Below, in pieces: positions 51,401 through 64,000 of a DNA stretch of 64,000 nt. This DNA is from Daphnia carinata (lineage: Eukaryota): NCBI RefSeq assembly GCF_022539665.2, contig NC_081334.1, positions 868,001 to 932,000 of the forward strand. Reading direction: 5' to 3'. Position 1 is the first letter of the stretch. Every line of letters starts with the position of its first letter. The notes beneath the pieces are model-generated. The model was given only the letters and a program-made list of their open reading frames with translations, ran no database searches and was not told the DNA's origin. Position numbers and translations under genes: made by a program.

Positions 51401-52001
51401 GTGAGTCTTTCCGGCCCCAGTGGCACCATACGCAAACACTGAAACAGTTTTATTTCCGTTAATATAAGTTCTTCAATATGAGTTTGCCTGACGGGCAGGC
51501 AGTGATCGTGATTTACCTGAACAGTTAAATCCTTCTAAAACAGCATCAACAACAGCTTTCGTTGTCCCTTCAAAAACTTCTTGGTTTGTTGATTCAGGTG
51601 CAAAAACAGCATCAAAGGCAAAATGAGCATCTTTATGTGCCTTCTTTGTAAAATCTCGATTGTTTTGTTTTACTCCATGATAAAAAAAATTATCATCTTC
51701 TTCTTTGGGATCAAACACCAATAATTTGTCATTTGCCACTTTAACACAATTCCTGAAGGGAGATAAAATTCATATAAAGGATCAATCAAATTTAAGACTG
51801 GACACACCTTGAATTGGTTGAATTTTCTCGATCATTAAATGGTCTTACTCTGACAGCCACTCTAATATTTGAACTTTGAATTTCAGCAGAACCACCAATT
51901 CCCTCTCCAAGTGTACTTCGAAGAACGACATTATTGCTGTTTTGCCGTCTCACCAGTCCTGTACGGGGGGAATTCCTCACCTGGCGAAGTGGTGGTTTCA
52001 T
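48431..52001 (-). CDS. KIF18A: Kinesin-8 family motor (KIF18A/Klp67A-like), multi-exon
   Basis: [24 protein letters not shown] (P-loop), [64 protein letters not shown], then coiled coil and a disordered tail. Confidence 0.93.
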
Positions 52002-52435
52002 CGTGTGTGCTGTTTAAGAAAAAGATCTTGTGATACCTATAGATGAAGATAAATTTAAATAATAAATTAGAGCAAGCTGTAGGCAATATTATTTTGTAAA
52101 TTTTTCAAAAGACACATGGTGTTTAAGTATTACAAAACTTTAACATGCTAACGTTAATCGGGGGGAAACTAACTGTACAAGAGCGATTCCTTTTGGTTTC
52201 GCTAATGAGTCTAGTTGAGTATGATACACATTAATTTGAATCTCACCAGCTTTCGATTATTGAAGGGCTTCGCAGATGCCAACCACCAATCTATATGGCA
52301 GTGGATTATTGTTATTTCAAATTGGGGGAACTTTCAAAACAAGTCTGGAAGCCAACGACACAAAAAACATAAAAGGAATTTGGAGGGAACACAAACTGAC
52401 CGTTGAAGAACGCTCGCTGTTTTCAAATACCAAGC

Positions 52436-52443
52436 TATCGATA
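52436..52443. promoter_or_regulatory. DRE (DREF-binding) palindrome upstream of the kinesin-8 gene
   Basis: Perfect TATCGATA ~435 nt upstream of the ATG of a mitotic gene. Confidence 0.45.
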
Positions 52444-54393
52444 TAGTATCCAGCGGTGTACCCGATAACCATACACTGTTGCCAGATGTCGAAAAAACCT
52501 GCGTTGGATTTTTAATCTTTGTCGTCTGTTCTGTTTGTTTAAGAAAATTTTGAAATGTCACTTCGCCCGTTATCTGATTCTGTACAGTACCACTCCGTTG
52601 CATTTAGTTTTCTTTTCTTTTCTTTTTTTACTAATGGACAGAGAATGAATACTCTCTTCCTCTATGTAACTATTTACCATGAAACATGACATTGTCCGGC
52701 GGCGATAGATGGATAGAACTAATATCCCCGCAACCTAGCTCGATTTGAATACGATTCTGGATCGAGAAACGAATTAAACAATTTCCATTTTTTTTTTTTT
52801 ATTATTTACTAAACAGAACGTCCAAATGTCAGTGATGGGGTCAGTTTTCCCCTGAACTTAGAATGAAAGGCTGAATCTTCCTTGAATTTGCTGGAGGTGA
52901 TTCGAGATTGATGTTTTGGCGCCATTAGTTACTAACAGAAATAATTACTTTTGTACCGAAAATACTGAAAAGGTTTACAGAAGGAAGAAAAACAGAACAC
53001 ACATTAGCTGTGTTATAAACATCAAGGCATTTTTATTTGTTTCTTTCTTTCTTTTGTGGCCAACTAAATATTGAACTTTAGAATGTTGTCACATTTTATT
53101 GTAAGTTTTTTTTAACGAAAGTGCAGCAAAATTTGATGTCTTCGAAAATTAAACATTGATTTTACACATAAAAGAAATGTCATTATCTTTGAATAAGAAA
53201 ACAGGTGGAAGAGTATTTCGCTTTTTGATTCTACTGAGGATGAGAACGATGAAATCAAACAAACCTAGCTATTTACCTTTTTTATGATCCTATTTGTCAC
53301 TTCGTCTGTTTAAAAGGAATGAACCCCCATGTACATTAACAAAAATGGCAAAGGCAAAAACAAGCTAGTATTTTGATCTATAGAACTAGTACGATGAATA
53401 AATGTGCATCACTTACGTAATCTACATTTTAAGATTCCTTTTACAGTTGATTTTAACAGGATTTCCCTACAGAAACCAAAAACCTTAATCGATCTTATAC
53501 AATTCTTATGTTGACAGTTCCAGTAGTTACGCTCTTCCAAGTGTACATCTTCAATGTGAATGAAAAACCATAACTAAAATTTAAATAAATCCTCACCTTA
53601 GGCATTTCAGCTTGAAGTCATTGGTAGATATCCATTATTTTCATTAAATTGTCACACAATTGAAATGCATATGATTAAGGATTGATGAAATTTATTGATG
53701 ATGAAGTCAAAAAAAAAAAAAATAATGATTTGGATTTTAAAATTATCGCAATTCGGCGCACACCTACACGTAGTATTTGACATGTGTCCAAGGATTGGGA
53801 GAAAAAAAATCAATGGTCGGAGAGCTAATCGCCAATAATTAAGCCAACGAGACGATAAGCTAAGCAACTACACATCCATTTAGTTGAAAAAAAAATAAGG
53901 ATAACACGTTGGTCTAAAAAAACTGAGAAAAAATCAAGTTCACATGTAGAAAAAGGGAGAAATCGACGGTAAGATCCAATTACGAGAAGGGAAGGGGACA
54001 AGGTGGCAGTTGTCGACGAAATCTATATCACTGCCTGAATCTTGCAATCTCTAAGTGTCGAGCGAAGCTGCTATCCTGTCCGATGCTTTGGATGGATCGC
54101 TAAAGCGATAGCGGCCTTGTTCGGTACTGCTGGTTGCTGGCTGGCTGAATAGATGTAACTGCCTTCACTTAATAGATGATTCTCGGACCTGGCTCACACT
54201 GCTCCTGTTCTGGTGTGGCTACAGAACATGACGACACCTAAGAGATGAAACGCACATCTTATCCTAACCTGCCTCCTTCCAACAATCTTTGTCTCTGCAG
54301 GTTGTGGCTCAACATGTCCCTATGAAGCGGGCTGGAAGGCCTGATTGTAATCAACCTCAACTTACCTAGAGGGGAAGATGGGACTTGTCTACT

Positions 54394-56361
<1,968 letters not shown>

Positions 56362-56961
56362 TTTCGTTTAGCAATATGCAATGCAAGAATATAGTTGATG
56401 CCGGGAGTTCAAGCGTTAGTCTGTGATGACTTAAGATGCAGGAAGAATCGCGTCTCCACTTCGGAATGGTGATGGGAAGGGAGGCGTTGTCAGATCTTCT
56501 ACAAGATATGACGTTGCCGCATAGGCTTTTTCGCAAAAAGAATAAATTTGTTGTTTTCAATATCAGTATTAAAATGTACCCCTTTTCTCTTAGAAATATG
56601 AAATTATGTAATAATAAAAACTCTTTATTTGTAAATGTTTAAGTTGTATTCAGAACTTTTCATGAACCATAATATTTTTAATACTGACATTGCAAATTTG
56701 GCGCCAAGCCACTCTTGGTCGTAGGGTGAAGTTACATCTGCTGACGCACTTTTTTCGTTTCTTTTCGGCGTGTTTTTGGAACACACTTTGCACGTATTTT
56801 ATCAGGTTAGTTTGAGAAGGTAAAATCCAGTTACAATTTTCCTTCAATGTGTTTCGTCGGATTACATAACGCTTTATAGTTGACAACATTTTTATTTCTA
56901 TTGGTATTAGACAATTGTATTCATCCCAGCCCAGAAAAATGGCATCACTAAGCAGTGCTAA

Positions 56962-58005
<1,044 letters not shown>

Positions 58006-58689
58006 ATCATCGAAGCATCATTTGGACTAGAACTGAGAAAGCCGTTGTTTTATCTGCTGAAACACGCAATGCTTGTCCTATTTCGGATCCCCACGTCCTT
58101 TCCCCCCGTTTTTCATCATTTACTCATTGATTTGCATATGGTCTTCGGGTTCCCTACGCGCTCGAATATGTTTTTAAGTTTCCATAAACACACCGAGTTA
58201 TATTCCCATCTTCAATTTTCTTTCCACATGTAAACTCGGAGTTACCAGAAATACAACACGTCAAGTTTTTCATACGTCACCAAAGTCGTTATTTTGCTCG
58301 GTTATCTATCCAACATTAGCAGCAGGATCTAATCTTTGTTGCTTGATAAAGATATCCTCTGTTGAGTTATAAATTTCAGATTGGGGGTAGAAAAGGAAAA
58401 ACTAGTGCCTTGCAGATTTCATGGTGTTTGTACCTCAATAGCTTTTACAGAGGTACGCTTACGTTTGTCGTCCTTTGTGATGTTCTGCGGTACTGTTGCT
58501 TAAGCGTGGAAACACCACTGGAACGCTCCATAAGAAAGACTTACAGTTTGGTAGTGGTGATAGAATTCTTTGTCAATGCGAAAGATCTGGATGCCCCAAC
58601 ATCTCATTGAACTATATTATTAGTTGCAAGATCGTCAATTTATAACGTGTTATATCATCAGTGAAAACATTAAAGTTTCACACCTAACA

Positions 58690-60572
58690 ATGGATTTCGA
58701 GAAAATTATGTACGCGCCTTATTTGGCGCTGGGCAACCACTCCGTGGACTCAAAATTCGATCACTGGCTGGATCGTATTAGCACAAATGGAACTAATGAA
58801 CAACCGACGACCAAAAGGTGAATTTCTATTGTTGCTTTATTGCAACTTTTTTCCCCTTCATTGCTTTGTGCGACACACTTACTTCAACTTTGATAGCGCA
58901 TTTATATAATCCAACAAGGTATGGCGATATTTTTTTTATCAACATTTTTTTATTACCATGCAGCCCTTCTGATAATGGAGGAAATACGAACTTCAACGAT
59001 AGCTACAAACTGGCTGCACAAGTGGCCGTTGGGGCTGCTATTATCGTAGCTTTAGCCATTCTTCTGGGGCTTATCTGGAACTCGTAAGTGAATTATGATA
59101 TGCATTGCTAATGCACGTATTATTCAGAATAACTAAGGCTGTTGAAAATTTTGAAGTCTTACATTAGGATTAAATTCAAAACTAAATGCATATGGAGACC
59201 TAAACAGAAAATTGTAGAAAACTGCAAACGGCGTTCTTTACAAAGCTTTTATCAATATGGAGAGCGCTTTCTAAATGCAATATTTGATGTAGGGAGGATC
59301 ACGTGTAAACAAGTGAATCAGCACTAAGTCATTTCCTTATATGCCGGGGGTGAAAAAGAGAAGTCGAGTTTGGTTACCATGGTCCTTATATCTGTTTTGG
59401 ATATCCCGTACAACTCCACGTAACAAACTTTAAACATTTAACACGAGGCTTCATACTGAAAAATAAATTAGGGGATTCCGCTAGAAATCGAAAGGCCACG
59501 TGGATTTGTTGGATAAAGTGCACTTACCCTGCCAAAATATTTACGTAACTCTACAACATCCACCCTCAGAATTGGCATTACCATTCATATAACATTACAG
59601 AGCTGAAATCCATTGTAACTAACGTTAATGCGGTGCAACAAATCAAAAGAATTAGGACTAGAGGCTATAAGTACAATGGAGATTATCTTTGCCGTGGCAA
59701 CTATAAAAAGCAAACGTAAATGAATTGTGGGCGTAATTACTAAATGAAAATAGTACGTTATTGCAACCTCCGCGTATAATTCCCGCCCTTTAATGAAAAA
59801 AATTGCATTGTCATTTAATCGGCAGACTAAAAAGACGCTTACCTGACAACAATAATTCTGGAACATCCCCAACTTCGAGGCGCTATAGTTCGGATAGCTT
59901 CGATAGATTGGTGGAAGATCGATTGCGCAATCGTCCGCCACCTTACAGCCAAGATCACGATAAGCCTCCGTCATATGAGGAATCCTTTCAAGATTCATCT
60001 AGTCGTCCTCGTTTGGCTGCTGTAAGCTTCTTCTTTTTTTTTGTATGTTAAATAAGCTTTCGACGGGTCACGCTGTCTACATTAATTTAATACCGCACAA
60101 GTCTATAATTTGCCCATCAATCAGTACATGGCTAGACAGTGGATTTGCAACGCAATTTGTCAGATCGTTGTAGCCACTGGTTGAAATAATATTTCATCGG
60201 ATTGGGTGGATAGAAACGACAGCCAATAAATTCTGATTTTATTGCATTCAGTCGAGAGGAAGGGAAAGAAGGCGCATGCAACGGGAAATGCATCGTGAAC
60301 AGACGGCAACTGTGCACGAAACCAACAGGTACCCAACACAACCAGTCAGCCAAGAATCACCTGTATCGCTTCCGCAGCCCATGCCAGAGCCTTTAGTCAG
60401 CCCTGGTGTCGTAGTTCGTACGGTTAGCTACGATAATCGAGCATTCTCCGTTGACGATGATCAGCCAACATTCGATATCCCAAGTATTTCCATGGTCGTG
60501 TATGAAAACGAAGTATCGCAGGCTTGCCAAAACGCTGACACGGAGGAAGCTGTCGTCATGTTTCATCTATAA
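58690..60572 (+). CDS. Small single-pass membrane protein with PPxY motifs (uncharacterised), multi-exon
   Basis: Exons read MDFEKIMYAP.., TM AAQVAVGAAIIVALAILLGLIW, cytoplasmic RPPPYSQDHDKPPSYEESF, and a final exon ..SYDNRAF..VVMFHL*. The exons are bounded by GT-AG sites. Confidence 0.65.
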
Positions 60573-63500
60573 ATGGCTATATAAATAATAGGTTTTTTCT
60601 TTTCATATGATTCTGTTTGAATTTGAACTGTTGTTTCAAAATCGTGTTTAAACTATGTCGAAATGATATATTCCACGGCAATCAAAGTTAATCGACAGAG
60701 GGATAGTTGCACCTCCTAGTGTATTGTACATGTATCCTTGTTTCACTGCTGTATAAAAGCGTATGTTTCATGTGTCTAAACGCATATCTAGAAAAAAGAT
60801 TTTGTTGCTTGTTTAGTTACGTAAAAAAGAAATACATATCTAAGCAATCTCTGAGTTGACCTGAACTTGGCGAATGTATTTATAGAAAGGAGAAATTGGC
60901 ATGGAAGCGAGAAGTTGCTTGCTTAATTTTTAAAAAGTACTAATGTATTAGCTAAATTATTTAAAACGCGTGACTGACTGCATTTTACCTAATTACCAGC
61001 CAAGTCAAAAGTAAAAGAGATTTGATATAAGCTCAGATAAGCCCTAACAGAATATCTTATTTATATTAACTGCGATAGGATCGTGACGCAAAACATTTTC
61101 ACGACAAACGCTCTAAAGTAAAACTGACGCAATGACGTTGACGCAATTTCACATCTTCGTTCGCTACAACCACTCTGCTGTCGGCATGATTTTGCAGCGA
61201 TGCATTTACACAAATTCATATTCAATGATTCGTTCAACTTCGTGTTTTGCATATACCGGAAATCGCTAATTCATCTGATTTTAGAGGCCTTTCCAAATGG
61301 CATCAAATATGACATTTAGTTCGCAAGGTTCGCTGCAATCGTAATGTCACTTTGCATGCAGAGAATCATGGGGAGGGTAGATAAAAAAAATAGAGTTGGT
61401 TTCGGAAATGGGCACAGTATCCCGTCCGATGAACGCTATACACACATTTGATATTGAAGCACTAGACTGTGTCCGTGCGCCTGGGCAAACTCCCATCGAC
61501 TGACGTCATGAGATGAGTGGGCGGTAGGAAAAGCGTGGGCTGAAGACCCGCTCGCGTTGGCTTCCTTATTTCACTATACGGGAATATCGAGGAGAGATGC
61601 GGACACACAGAAAGGCATCCATGTGTGTAACGGGCCCCCCAAAAACGAAAGTAAACTTTGTTGCAGAGATCGTAAAAATTGTATTGGCAATATCAGTCAG
61701 CAAAATGTGTACAGCTTTGAAATGGAACGTGATCTAATGAATCTAGTTAGGATAGCTCTAAAAGAAAATGTGCCATGTCTAATGTAAAAGTGTCTGAAAG
61801 ATTTAAAATATCAAGATGGATGCGTCTGGTAAAGTTACATACGAACAAAGTTTGAAAATGCATCAGAGAGCGATGACGTACAACTAAAATCATTGAATTT
61901 CGATGCCTACGGAATAGCAGCGCATAGGCCCGGAAACAGATATAGGCAATTTAAAAGCTTCTCGTAAGCCTCTTCTTCATCCCCTATTGTTTTTAGGAAG
62001 TCGCTATTGGTGCGACGCTTTCCCGTTGACTGAAAATTGTTTTCTTTAGGAAGCGGCAATGTTTTCCTATTTTCACCTCTCGCGTGTTTATTTGTTTTCG
62101 AATCCGCCCTTTGCATAAGCGCTGAAGGCTGAAACGCTGCTTTACGTTTAGATCCTATGATGGTTGACATTCGTTCGACGGAGACGAACGCTCCTCTGAT
62201 TGAGCGGACATTGACATCCGGTGGAGAGCGATGGATATGGAACACTGTTGCAAATTGATTATTTTTTACACCCTGAGGGGGTCAATGGGCTTGTCATCCG
62301 ATGCCAAACTATCGCAGGATTTATTATTGTTTTCTCGCTTGCCGTTCGTCATTAGCGCAATTAACCTGGACGAGCCTGTTTGGCTTTAGATTGACGATCT
62401 ACGCAATCACCATGATGCTCATATTAACTTACCGTAGGTCATCCATACAACAAAACAACTTATTTTTGATTGACGACTATTTTAGGGGAAAAGAAAATGT
62501 AAAAGACGAGAACATAGATTGTATAAAACTCTATGCCTTTATCGGCTCTCAATAAAAATTCAAATTTCCTTAAAAGGCATTAGGGTTTTCTTTTGAAATA
62601 TTCACTTTGGACCGTCTTTTATGTGTTTTTTCGTTACAGTTTTACAGTGTATGCATTTCAGTTGGTACTGTGTGGGTTTCTTTGTTGTTAAATCCATGAC
62701 AAGCAATTCGCAATGTACGTAGTTTGTATTGGAAGCGTGTATATATATATAAACTCGGAATCTTAGGACATGTTTATTGTTTGGTAAAGGTGAGACAGTA
62801 CATCGACGAATGTACATATTTTTAATAAACCCGTATTTTTTGTGTGTGTTATTGTGTGGTTCTGCTCGGCTGGTTGAACCCACGTCCTCCCCCCTTTGGC
62901 TGAATCAACAAATAGCTCTTTGAAGGAACCACTAATTCCTTCTATTCTTACAGCACTTCATTAAACGAAGAGAAAAAAGAAGATTTTGAATTCAAAGGAA
63001 AATCATTGTTTACTATGCTTTGCCTGAATAGCAAATGCATTTGATGATAACACACGGTGTGTAACTCGTTACGTCGATAAAGGTGAATGATGCACGGAAT
63101 CACGTCCGTCATAAAACATCAATATTATTTGATAGCAACATATCAATAAACATAAAAAATTACCTACTATGACAATAGAATGTGACACCAAAGAGATCAA
63201 ATAGAGCGATAGATTCGTATAACCCTTAGAAGCTACGACGCGGTTATTGGCGTGTAGGGTTCTACATCGGAAAACGAGTGGACACCACTAGCGACCGAAA
63301 TAAAAGAAGCAATCGTCTAAACGTGATGTTAGTCACAACATATGGACGCTTTAGTCAGAATAAGAAATCCCTTTTCTTTTATATTCTTTTTTTTTTAAGT
63401 GCAAGGGCGATTGATCTCATCCGGAGGCGATTGCTGTGGCGCTCTTGTAAGGTATCAAAGGGTCCATACGAATAGTGAACTGGGGCCGTTCTTTGCGCAG

Positions 63501-64000
63501 TGCACTAACCGTAAAGTGATGGAAAGATCATGTCAACGTTCCGCATCGATATCTATCCCTTCACAATTAAAAGAAAATGCTGCTATTTCGTTTCCCGTCA
63601 TCGGTTTTTTTTTTTACAGTGTGCGTGAAGCGTTAAGAAAAGAATCGGTTTCGTTTTAAAGTTATCTTTTATCAAGTTCAAGATTCCTATTACCTTGACA
63701 GGTCCGTATTAGTACACGATGTTTAATTACATTCAAGTGTGCATGATGATCCCCAATGATGAACAAAAAAAGGGAGGAGATACGCAAAATGGCGTTAGTG
63801 CATCTGTAAAAGGATATGTTGCGTAAATGAGCTAGAAGAAAAATTGGCTGTGCACGACAGCAGGCGTCTTACATATTGAATTTCTCAAATAAATAAAAAA
63901 AAAGAATATAAGAAATGATTTTATGTTGCGGCCCTGCTACTTGCATATGTTGCTCGATTCATGTTGGCATTACGCTCAGCATATGCCACATCAAGAATCT

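Noticed and set aside
60600..64000. Short ORFs in the last 3.4 kb
   Set aside because: No domain similarity or coherent exon chain. The region looks intergenic, intronic or regulatory.

Overview
Eukaryotic, gene-dense DNA with short (mostly ~55-90 nt) GT-AG introns. It resembles a compact arthropod genome such as a Daphnia-like crustacean, but that is an inference. Gene order: two tandem LRR single-pass receptors (+), snurportin-1 (+), a divergent nicotinic acetylcholine receptor alpha-like subunit (+), a ~6 kb non-genic foldback region, highwire/MYCBP2 (-), PDS5 (-), NEIL1 (+), kinesin-8/KIF18A-like (-), hnRNP A/B (-) head-to-head with HP1 (+), and a small PPxY-motif membrane protein (+). 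The most unusual structure is at 11.9-17.9 kb. It is a giant inverted repeat with ~1.9 kb inner arms centred at 14440, plus outer arms. Each arm carries a GC-rich multi-hairpin core and a decayed spliced gene. The spacer holds two divergently oriented tRNA-like Pol III heads, and the right end carries a young hAT-type MITE with an 8-bp TSD and a visible empty-site copy. Also notable is the head-to-head hnRNP A/HP1 pair, which mirrors vertebrate HNRNPA2B1-CBX3 and HNRNPA1-CBX5. Multi-exon CDS coordinates are start-to-stop spans read by eye, and no searches were run.
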